Positions 7,193-15,151 of a stretch of DNA of 27,603 nucleotides are shown here, in pieces. Under the pieces are notes generated by a model. That model saw nothing but the letters and a program-made list of their open reading frames with translations. It was not told the origin of the DNA and searched no databases. How positions within the stretch are numbered: position 1 is the stretch's first letter; each line of letters opens with the position of its first letter. A program made the translations under genes and the position numbers. Source of the stretch: Gemmatimonadota bacterium. GTDB taxonomy: Bacteria > Gemmatimonadota > Gemmatimonadetes > Gemmatimonadales > GWC2-71-9. The stretch spans positions 1 to 27,603 of the forward strand of contig JANOFA010000559.1 in assembly GCA_031413355.1 (NCBI GenBank), given 5' to 3'.

Positions 7193-10100
7193 TCAATGGC
7201 GCCGGTAGGAAAGCGCCGGGCTCCTCCGACTCAGCGCTTGCAGCGGGGTCTGGCAGAGGGCTACCCAATCAGGGTCTCCATACGGAATGAACCTGTCAAT
7301 GACCACCGCAAAGCTCGTGGTAGTTCGTGTCACGCTGTAGCAGCCATGGGTCGGATCGCCGACAACCGCCGATCCAGTCTCAAACCACGTCGCGGTGACG
7401 CCGATCGGATCCATCATGTGCTGCTTGAAGGAGTAGTCGATCACGGAACGGCCGTTCACTCGAACGGGTGGACCGTTGGGCACTGGCTGATCGTTGGCGA
7501 CGGTCATGGAGTAGTAGTTGCTTCCAACGTTGAAGAATCCGGTTTCGTCCCTTTCACCGACTGCGAATTGTACGCCAGTCTGATCCCACGCCCCGTCCAC
7601 TCCTCTCAGGCCCGGGGTCCCGTTGCAACCTGTGCCCAGCACGGGATATGAGGGGCCGGCGGGCAAGGTGACCAGCCAGACCTGCTCGATCACGATCGGT
7701 TGAGCGCAGGTGGGTTGCGCGCTGGTGGTCGCGAACAACGCATGGCGGCCGTCAGGGGCGAACTGGAACCAGACGGGACCAGGAGAAGGAAGGCTGGGAA
7801 TCGCCAGCGTGCCCATGACAATCGGAGTTCCGGACGCTCCCCACTGGGAGCCGCGCAGTGTCGCGGTGTTCCCGTCAACAGCGACATCGGCGGTGTCTTT
7901 TTCCAGGTAGCGCCGGGCGAGAAGCGGATCAATGGTGCGCCGGACGCCCCATTGAGTGCTCACCAGTGCGTACTCATCCACGGCGGAGACGCCGGCACCA
8001 TTGTCGCGTGTGATGGAGAAGAGTCTGCCGCCCTGAGCAACACTCCCTGACAGAATATCCGAGAACGATGCTGGCATTGGAATCGTGTCCACAACGCCCG
8101 GGTTTCGCTCGAGGATGACGTGGGGATCGTTGGCCGGATACTCGAACCGGACGTTGATGCCGCAAATTGGCGTGCCCGGGCGTTCCTTCGAGAGCAGCGA
8201 GAGGGCACCATAGGCGTCGAGTTGGTAAACACCCGGAGCGTTCGCTACTGGCTGGGCAGGAACATTCAGGCCGGTAGTCGGATCAAGACGCTCGGTTTGG
8301 GCGCCTCGGGTGATGTAGCTCTTCAGATCGGCGGCATTGAGGTTGGGATCCATGGCGAGCAGCTGGACGGCGACACCTGCTACCATAGGGGTCGAAAGCG
8401 ATGTTCCGTTGTCCAACACCACGGGTCCTGAAAAGGTGAATCCACTATTCCGCGATCCGAGGATCGCGACCCTTTCTCCGGGTGCCGCGATGTCGGTGCC
8501 TCCAGAAAAATAGTTGGATCCTGAGGGGGGAGCAGTCCAAAGCGTATTCCCCGGGCTTGTCCCGGCAACGAAGAGAATCCGATCACCATAGCTGGGTGAC
8601 TGCAGCTTGAGGGTCATCAGCCCAGCCCGCAGAGCATTCGGCCCTCTTAGTCCGGCAAGCTGGCTGGCTGTCAGATTCCGGCTGTTCTCATTCCCGGTCG
8701 CAATGACGACCAAGGCGTTGGGGTTCTGGTCCAGAAACGCCTGGAGGGTTTCGACAAGGCGTGCCTGCAAGGCCGGACCGGTGGCACTATTTGATGGCGT
8801 GGCAATGGTAATCGACACAGAAAGTACGCGAATGCCATCAAGAGTTGCCGCTTCGAGAGCCTGCGCGAAAGCATTTCTAGTACTGAAAGTCACGCCGGCG
8901 TTGTTGCCCCCCAAGTGATAGAGGCGAAGGTCTGTCTTCCAAGCGACGCCGGCGATTCCCTGATCATTGTCACCCTTGGCAGACAGGAGCCCGGCCGCGG
9001 CGGTACCATGGTATGCGTATTTGGCCACTTCCAGGAGTGTCAGCGAATTGCTCGAGGCACCTGATGGAACGAACACGGGGCTTGTCCGCGAAGTGGAAAG
9101 GTCCGGATGGGTGGAGTCGAAGGCCCATTCTACTACGCCGACTTTCACCGGAGCGCCACCGTACTCACCTGTCTCGCATCCCCAAGCAAGTGGGGCGCGA
9201 ATCGCCCTCATCGCCCATGTGGTATCCGATACTGCATTCAGCCAATCTGCCCGCGCCAGGCTGGCTCCATCGGTCGGGAATCGCGACTCGACCAATGGCT
9301 TTCCCTCATATCGGGTCATCGGTGTGGTACTGCGCACAATGGGTTCAGCGCTCAAGCTGTCGAGACGCGCGAGGTAGGCTGCCCAGGTCGAACCCGGATC
9401 AGGGTATCGCACAATGTAAGTGCTGATGAAGGTATTGCCTCCGACGATCGCGGCCTGGTACTTCTGTAGCATGGCGGTGAATTGGGATCCAGTGGTCCCA
9501 GGCTTCAACTGCAATTCTGCCATCGTCCGGAAGTAGACGAACGCGGTATCGACGGGATCACGAATTGTCAGAAGCGAATCGTCGGGCACGGCGAAGCTGT
9601 TAGGAATTGGGGGCAGTGGCCCGCCCGCCACCAGCGCACTTGCCTGAAAGCTGAACCTGGCCTGCGTCACCGGGCTCATCACATTCACGCGGATGGTGTC
9701 CTGCACCGTCGAGTCATTCGCCGCCAGCGTCCCGGTCCCGCCCACGAACCAGATCTTCCCCCCACCCGCCTCCACACTGTCCGGGTTGAGCGGCACCACC
9801 TTCGACGCCGGTGTCCCTGCTGGCGCCACCACCGTGATGCCCGTGGACGGGAGATAGAGTCTGACGGGCATCTGCAGCGTCTGCCCGCTCTTGTTGAGCA
9901 ACCGCACGAACAGCGTGAGCCGCCGGTTGGGGCTCTGGGCCCAGGTGGCCGCCTGCCCCCGGATCAGCACCAGCCCCGCGGCGCCGCAAGTGGTGCGGTT
10001 GGGAAAGCTGGTGGTGACGGCGGTGGGGCTGGTGATGGTGAACTGCAGCTTGGCGCATAGGGTGTCGGCCACGACGAGGGTATTGGCCGCCACCTCCTGC

Positions 10101-10231
10101 GCTGCCTGCCGCGGCGCGGTCGAGTCCTCGTCGGTGCAGCCGAGCCCGGAGAGCGCGCACATCGTAAGGGCGAGGACGGTCAGCATGTGGCCGCTCCGGG
10201 CAGAGGGAAGGCGAACGCCAGAGTGGAACAT
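7193..10231 (-). CDS. S8 (subtilisin-family) serine protease lipoprotein, 1012 aa, with C-terminal beta-rich/propeller-like region
   Basis: GGAG 5 nt before ATG 10231; lipobox-like LSGLGC. Motifs VKVGVVEWAFDSTHPDL, YHGTAAAGLL, IAGVAW, ATGNE, DIAAPG, NGTSLSTPMVAGV; TolB-like FAPDGRHALF. Confidence 0.88.
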   Translation of the reverse strand: MFHSGVRLPSARSGHMLTVLALTMCALSGLGCTDEDSTAPRQAAQEVAANTLVVADTLCAKLQFTITSPTAVTTSFPNRTTCGAAGLVLIRGQAATWAQSPNRRLTLFVRLLNKSGQTLQMPVRLYLPSTGITVVAPAGTPASKVVPLNPDSVEAGGGKIWFVGGTGTLAANDSTVQDTIRVNVMSPVTQARFSFQASALVAGGPLPPIPNSFAVPDDSLLTIRDPVDTAFVYFRTMAELQLKPGTTGSQFTAMLQKYQAAIVGGNTFISTYIVRYPDPGSTWAAYLARLDSLSAEPIVRSTTPMTRYEGKPLVESRFPTDGASLARADWLNAVSDTTWAMRAIRAPLAWGCETGEYGGAPVKVGVVEWAFDSTHPDLSTSRTSPVFVPSGASSNSLTLLEVAKYAYHGTAAAGLLSAKGDNDQGIAGVAWKTDLRLYHLGGNNAGVTFSTRNAFAQALEAATLDGIRVLSVSITIATPSNSATGPALQARLVETLQAFLDQNPNALVVIATGNENSRNLTASQLAGLRGPNALRAGLMTLKLQSPSYGDRILFVAGTSPGNTLWTAPPSGSNYFSGGTDIAAPGERVAILGSRNSGFTFSGPVVLDNGTSLSTPMVAGVAVQLLAMDPNLNAADLKSYITRGAQTERLDPTTGLNVPAQPVANAPGVYQLDAYGALSLLSKERPGTPICGINVRFEYPANDPHVILERNPGVVDTIPMPASFSDILSGSVAQGGRLFSITRDNGAGVSAVDEYALVSTQWGVRRTIDPLLARRYLEKDTADVAVDGNTATLRGSQWGASGTPIVMGTLAIPSLPSPGPVWFQFAPDGRHALFATTSAQPTCAQPIVIEQVWLVTLPAGPSYPVLGTGCNGTPGLRGVDGAWDQTGVQFAVGERDETGFFNVGSNYYSMTVANDQPVPNGPPVRVNGRSVIDYSFKQHMMDPIGVTATWFETGSAVVGDPTHGCYSVTRTTTSFAVVIDRFIPYGDPDWVALCQTPLQALSRRSPALSYRRH

Positions 10232-10332
10232 GGATGCTCCGGGGGCCGGAGGGTGTGCGGCAGGACACAAAGGGTGATTTGGGGGTCCGTTCGACCATAA
10301 CCTGCGGGGGGGGCAGCGCAAGGGGGAGGGAA

Positions 10333-10356
10333 TCAGCCGTCAGCCATCAGCCGTCA
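10333..10356. repeat. TCAGCC(G/A) heptamer array
   Basis: TCAGCCG TCAGCCA TCAGCCG TCA. Confidence 0.85.
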
Positions 10357-10596
10357 CCCCCGCGCGCTGGCCAGGGTCGCGCTCGGCGTACCGCATCCAC
10401 TTGCGTACGGCTTCCCCCGAGCACCCAAGCTTTTCGGTGATCGAGGCGATGGCTCCCCGGTGCGACGGGTATTCTTGGGCGTGGTCTCGCAGCATCCGGA
10501 CGGCCCGTTCCCGGACTTCAGGGGAATACCGGCTCGGTCTTGGCCTGTCTTCGATCTCTCAGGGAATGGAGTCTCCGACAATCCCGCGTCGATTCA
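10340..10596 (-). mobile_element. IS3-family (IS51/IS629-like) relic: left inverted repeat plus truncated orfA
   Basis: The minus strand from 10596 reads TGAATCGACGCGGGATTGTCGGAGACT (IS3-type IR). It continues PRPSRYSPEVRERAVRMLRDHAQEYPSHRGAIASITEKLGCSGEAVRKWMRYAERDPG, resembling IS629 OrfA. The expected start codon reads AGG, and the frame stops in the heptamer array. Confidence 0.88.
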
Positions 10597-10842
10597 GTCG
10601 CCGGATGCTGCTGTCGGCCACGTTTCCCGCCGCAGACCTTGCCGACCCGGCCGCCGGCCCGCAGTTTGACACCGAAGTGTTCACTCGCTTCCCTCGAACC
10701 AGGCGGCAGCAATGCCCAAGTGGAACCTCGTTCGCTGCGGCGCGCGCGGCGGCCCCACGCCGTGCCAATTCCCCGACGGTCATCGGCGCCGCACCCGGAA
10801 CGCCGCACGGGCGCTCACCGTGCTGCCATCTCTCCCGCCGCA

Positions 10843-10865
10843 GTAGGGCGGGGGCCGCTCCGCTC
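10843..10865 (+). repeat. Degenerate GTAG-type REP-like palindrome abutting the CHAT start codon
   Basis: GTAG followed by GGCGGGGGCCGCTCCGCTC, pairing with G-U wobbles. Resembles the 18300-18325 element. Confidence 0.35.
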
Positions 10866-13739
10866 ATGGTTTCGTGGATCCGGTTCGCCGCCTCCCTGCT
10901 GCTCCCGCCCGTTCCCGCGGAATTCCCCGCGCAGGTTGTGGCCCATGCCACCGCCGCCGTCGAGGGCGACAGCGTCGCCACGGTTCGCGCGCGCTGGCAG
11001 CGGCGGCTGACCACAGACTCCACCGACCGCGCGGCGCGCCTCGGCCTCGCCACGCTTGACCGGCTGACTTACGACTACGCCGCTGCGGCGCTGGGCTACG
11101 GTCGCCTGACTGGCGACGACGCCTGGGCGCTGCATGCCCGGATGGGCGGCGCCCACAGCGACCTGTGGCGCGCACCGTTCGACCAGACCGTCTACCGGTA
11201 TCTCGCCGTCGCCAGCGGTGCCCGCGCCCTGGGTGACTCGAGTCTGGCCGCCGCCGCGCTCAGTGCCGCCGGGTTCCTCGGTTCGCGACTCGGTGCGATG
11301 GGGCCATCCCTCGACAGCCTCGACGTCGCCTTCCAGCTCGCGCCCCGATCCAACCCGGCATTGCAGGCCCGGGTGCTCTGCGCCCGCGCGCCGATCCTCT
11401 CCTTCGCCGGACGGCCTGGGGCCATGGCCACGGCACAACGCGGCCTCGCGCTCGTCCAGCAGACCGGTGATCGACGGACCCTGGGGCTCTGCTACCACGC
11501 CGTCGCGATGGTCGCGATCAACGATCTCGACGATTCTCGCATCCCCCTGGCTTACGCCGACAGCGCCGCAGCCGCCTGGCGTGCCGCCCGTGACGGACCG
11601 ATGCTGGCGCTATCCCACTATACAAAGGGATACACGCGCTTTAACTACGCCGACTTCGCCGGCGCCAAGGTGGCCCTGGGGGAGGCGATCATCGAGGCGG
11701 AGCGGACCGGCTCGCGCTTTGTCATCGCCTGGTCCCGTCGTTTCCTCTCCATGCTCTACTGGACCGCAGGCGACATCCCCGCCTCGGTCCAGGATTTTGC
11801 CCAGGCAGAGTCCCTATTCACCATGCTCAACGACGGCTTCGGCATCAGTCACACGCGGAACGGTCGGGCTTTCGCCCAACTGACGCTCGGACGGGTGGCG
11901 GAGGCGGAGGCCACCTTTCGCGCCCAACTCGCCGTCAGCGAGCGGAACGGGATGGCCGAAGGCGTCTTCGCCAACCTGCAGCACCTGTCGGCGGTGCGTT
12001 CGGTACGGGGCGACTGGAAGGGTGCCCGCGAGGAAATCGAACGGGCCGTGGCGTATGGGAATGCGAATGGCCACGCCGGATGGACCCCGAGTCTCGACTA
12101 CCGGCGCGGAGTGATCGCGCTTCGGCTCGGTGAGCTCGACCTGGCGGAGCGCGTCCTCCGGCGATTCCTCGGCAGCCTCGGACCTGAGCAGCACCTCGAT
12201 CGGTACGCCACCCGCACCCGGCTCGGAGAGGTCGCGGCCCAGCGGGGGGAGCTGGACCAGGCGGTCGCAGAACTGGAGCATGCCGGCCGACAGCTCGATT
12301 CGGCGCGGAGTGCGCTGACCGACACCCAGCTTCGCCTCCTGGTCTTCCAGACCCGCTCCGCCCTGGACGAACCCGATCTCGGCCTGGCCCCGATCGCCAC
12401 GATCCTGGTGCGCGGAGATTATGCCAGCGCAGCCTTCCGTCTGGCGGAAGCGCGTCGTGCCCGCACGCTGGAAGCGCAGCTCATCAGGTCGGCCGTCCTT
12501 CAGGGAGAGTCGACACCGGCGGGAGCAGCGCTCGATGCGATCCCCGACCTTCCCGCGCTGCAGGCCGGGTTGCCCGAGAGCCTGGCGGTGATCGCATGGC
12601 TGGCGGGACGTGGCGGTGCGGCCACGACCGCCTATGTCGTGACTCGCGACGACATCCAGGGGACGGTCCTGCCATCGATCGATTCCGTGGCGCACGACAT
12701 CGACCTCTACGTCGCGCTGCTGGAGCAGGGTGAGCCGAGCGATGCGGTGGGTCGGCGACTGGCAGACGCCATGCTCGCCCCCGCGGTGGCGCTGGTGCCC
12801 GCCGGGGTGAACCGTCTCATCCTCATTCCGGACGACCGGCTGCACCGGATTCCGTTCGATGCCCTGCCATTGCCGGATGGCCAGCCGCTCCTGCTGCGCT
12901 ATGGCGTGAGTCGCGCCCCCTCGGCGGCGATCGCGGTGCGGCTCGCCGCGCGGCCTCGGCGGACCGGCCTCCCCACGCTGCTGGCGTTCGGCGATCCGCG
13001 TACATCGTCGGCGGACGACAGTTCCCACAGTGATCCGGAGGCGGAGCGGTATCGCGGCGTCTTTGCGGAGGCCGGCGGCCTTCCCCGACTCAAGGGCAGT
13101 GCCGCGGAAGCCCGTGATGCCGGTCGCTTCAGTCGGAACGCGGTGGTCCGCCTGGGCCCTGAGGCCAGCGAGTCCTTTCTGAAAGGCCGGTCGCTTCGAT
13201 CGTTCCGTGTGATTCACCTGGCCACGCACGCCGTGGTGGACGATCAGTCAGAGAGCCGGACCTCGCTGGCACTCGCACCGGGTGGTGGCGAGGATGGTTT
13301 CCTCGGCGCCGGCGAGATTGGCGAACTTGACCTGGAGGCCGACCTGGTCGTGCTCTCCGCCTGTCGTACCGCGGCGGGTCGAGTCATTGGTGGCGAAGGA
13401 GTGCAGGGATTGGTCGCGCCGCTGCTGGGTGCCGGGGCGCGCGCGGTCGTCGCCTCGCTCTGGCCGATCGGCGATCGTGGCACCGCGACGCTGATGCAGG
13501 ACTTCTATGACGGGCTGGCCGACGGGAAGACGGTGGGCGAGGCGCTGCGGGACGCGAAACTGGCGGCGCGGGCCGACGGGACGCCACCGAAAATCTGGGC
13601 GGCCTTCACGCTGGTGGGCGATCCCGATATCCGGATCCCGCTCGAGCACGGGAGGACGGTCCCGTGGTTCTACATCGGGGGAATCGTCCTGCTGCTCGCT
13701 GTGCTGGCCGCGTGGCGGATCAGGGTGCGCGCAGGCTGA
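10866..13739 (+). CDS. TPR-CHAT (caspase-like, clan CD) protease with C-terminal membrane anchor, 957 aa
   Basis: Helical TPR-like N-terminal two thirds. CHAT motifs LILIPDDRLHRIPFDAL, IHLATHAVV (His788), LVVLSACRT (Cys833), VVASLWPIGD, WAAFTLVG. Terminal hydrophobic helix WFYIGGIVLLLAVLAAW; possible signal peptide. Confidence 0.92.
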   Translation: MVSWIRFAASLLLPPVPAEFPAQVVAHATAAVEGDSVATVRARWQRRLTTDSTDRAARLGLATLDRLTYDYAAAALGYGRLTGDDAWALHARMGGAHSDLWRAPFDQTVYRYLAVASGARALGDSSLAAAALSAAGFLGSRLGAMGPSLDSLDVAFQLAPRSNPALQARVLCARAPILSFAGRPGAMATAQRGLALVQQTGDRRTLGLCYHAVAMVAINDLDDSRIPLAYADSAAAAWRAARDGPMLALSHYTKGYTRFNYADFAGAKVALGEAIIEAERTGSRFVIAWSRRFLSMLYWTAGDIPASVQDFAQAESLFTMLNDGFGISHTRNGRAFAQLTLGRVAEAEATFRAQLAVSERNGMAEGVFANLQHLSAVRSVRGDWKGAREEIERAVAYGNANGHAGWTPSLDYRRGVIALRLGELDLAERVLRRFLGSLGPEQHLDRYATRTRLGEVAAQRGELDQAVAELEHAGRQLDSARSALTDTQLRLLVFQTRSALDEPDLGLAPIATILVRGDYASAAFRLAEARRARTLEAQLIRSAVLQGESTPAGAALDAIPDLPALQAGLPESLAVIAWLAGRGGAATTAYVVTRDDIQGTVLPSIDSVAHDIDLYVALLEQGEPSDAVGRRLADAMLAPAVALVPAGVNRLILIPDDRLHRIPFDALPLPDGQPLLLRYGVSRAPSAAIAVRLAARPRRTGLPTLLAFGDPRTSSADDSSHSDPEAERYRGVFAEAGGLPRLKGSAAEARDAGRFSRNAVVRLGPEASESFLKGRSLRSFRVIHLATHAVVDDQSESRTSLALAPGGGEDGFLGAGEIGELDLEADLVVLSACRTAAGRVIGGEGVQGLVAPLLGAGARAVVASLWPIGDRGTATLMQDFYDGLADGKTVGEALRDAKLAARADGTPPKIWAAFTLVGDPDIRIPLEHGRTVPWFYIGGIVLLLAVLAAWRIRVRAG

Positions 13740-14343
13740 AGCTGCTGGTGGTGGAGCGATAGGTGCGGACATCCTCGGTGTACGCCGTGACCGACCAGAG
13801 GTAGCGCCGGCCGGGGACCAGAGACTCCGCCGGAACGGCGCTGGCGACGGTATCGACGACTCGTGTCGCGAATACGACCGCCCCGCTGCTATCCAAAACC
13901 TCCAGACGATAATCGACCGCACGCGGGACCCGGTGCCACACGAACACCGGCGTCGCCGTCAGCTCCGCGCCATCGACGGGGTGCAGGGTGACAACCGCCG
14001 CACGCCCGCCGCGCAGCGGCTCCGTGGTTTCGCGCTGCAGGGCGTACAGCAGACCAACTCCCGCCACCACAACGATGCCTGCCGCGGCCCGCCATGCGGC
14101 GCGGTTATACCACCGGGAGCGGACCGGTCGGCCGGCAATCATCACCGCCCGCAGCAGTTCGAATTCCGCGCGACGGCGGGGATCGAACAAGATCTGCTGC
14201 AGCGTGCGCAGGCGCTCGGCCTCGCTGCCGCGTCGTTCGAGAATCGCCACCATCGCCTCGAGCGACACCGGCTCGGCGTCACTGGTGTCCGGGCGCCTGG
14301 CCATGGCCCCGGCGTAGAGCGCCCGCAAGCGGTCGTCGTTCAT
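13720..14343 (-). CDS. Putative single-pass anti-sigma factor, 207 aa
   Basis: ATGA overlap with the sigma gene stop. N-terminal helical domain resembles a zf-HC/ZAS fold lacking the Zn ligands, then TM helix AAWRAAAGIVVVAGVGLLYAL, then a C-terminal Ig/FN3-like domain (PVFVWHRVP..YRLEVLD..YLWSVTA). Confidence 0.75.
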   Translation of the reverse strand: MNDDRLRALYAGAMARRPDTSDAEPVSLEAMVAILERRGSEAERLRTLQQILFDPRRRAEFELLRAVMIAGRPVRSRWYNRAAWRAAAGIVVVAGVGLLYALQRETTEPLRGGRAAVVTLHPVDGAELTATPVFVWHRVPRAVDYRLEVLDSSGAVVFATRVVDTVASAVPAESLVPGRRYLWSVTAYTEDVRTYRSTTSSFSLRAP

Positions 14344-14888
14344 GCCGACTCCTCCGGTCCGATGCCCCGGGCCTGCAGCCGTTCCCGCAGGTCCGCCAGC
14401 CCGCGGTACAGCAGATGGCGGGTGCGCGGTTCACTCCAATCGAACAGGTCCGCGATCTCCTCCCGGGTATAGCCGGAGAGGTACAGTCGGACCACGCCAG
14501 CCCGGTCGGGAGTGAGGCCGTCAACTTCCCGGGCGATCGCCTCGCCCAGCTCGCGGTCAATCAGCGGCGCGTCGGCTGCCGGACTCGCACCGAGTCGTGC
14601 CTCGCCGCTCGGGCGTTCCAGGCCGGCCGGTGTTTCCCGTCGGGCGCGACGCCGCCGGAGCAGGTCGATCGCCGCCGACATGGCGGTGCGATAGACATAA
14701 GACGCCGGAGTGCTGGCCGGGTTCCCGCGGCCGGGGTCCGAGCGCCACAGCCGGATGCGGACCTCCTGAAAGACCTCATCGATCCGATCGTCGAGCCCGT
14801 AGCGCCAGGCCAACCCGCGCACCTGCTCGGCGCAGCGGGTGATCAGCGCCTCAAGGGCCTGTTCGTCGGGAGGGGGAGATTCGGTCAT
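14340..14888 (-). CDS. ECF RNA polymerase sigma factor, 182 aa
   Basis: Region 2 DEVFQEVRIRLWR..SYVYRTAMSAAIDLLRRRR. Region 4 LTPDRAGVVRLYLSGYTREEIADLFDWSEPRTRHLLYRGLADLR. Confidence 0.92.
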   Translation of the reverse strand: MTESPPPDEQALEALITRCAEQVRGLAWRYGLDDRIDEVFQEVRIRLWRSDPGRGNPASTPASYVYRTAMSAAIDLLRRRRARRETPAGLERPSGEARLGASPAADAPLIDRELGEAIAREVDGLTPDRAGVVRLYLSGYTREEIADLFDWSEPRTRHLLYRGLADLRERLQARGIGPEESA

Positions 14889-15151
14889 GAGGGCGCGGGT
14901 TCCGCTGTGGGCGGCGGTGTGTGACGGGGAAAGCTGGCACGCGGAAGCTACGGCGACCGGAGTCAGACGCAACCTGGGCGGAGGGGGCGAGGGTCACGCG
15001 TCCAGAGTCGAGCAAAAGTCGCGGATCGATCCTCATGGTGCTTGACCCGCGCCGAAGTGGGAATAGTTCCGGGCCAGGCGCGTCACAGGAGGAGACCTGG
15101 CTTGGCGGTCCCGGTCGATTCGGCGGGTCCACCCCCCACAGGAGAGTCGCC

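Noticed and set aside
10401-10865. N-terminal extensions proposed by the ORF track (CHAT from 10401; also 702, 2099, 10321, 14921, 14972, 22741, 23817)
   Set aside because: The extensions run through IS or repeat DNA or neighbouring genes. Downstream starts fit Shine-Dalgarno sites, overlaps or signal peptides better.
10866-14888. Type III-E CRISPR (Craspase) locus
   Set aside because: There is no Cas7-11/gRAMP, Csx31, array or other cas gene, and the CHAT protein is membrane-anchored. Craspase is used only as an analogy.
15042-15069. Sigma70 promoter TTGACC-N16-TAGTTC for the lipoprotein gene
   Set aside because: The -10 lacks the conserved final T and the spacing is short; too weak to call.
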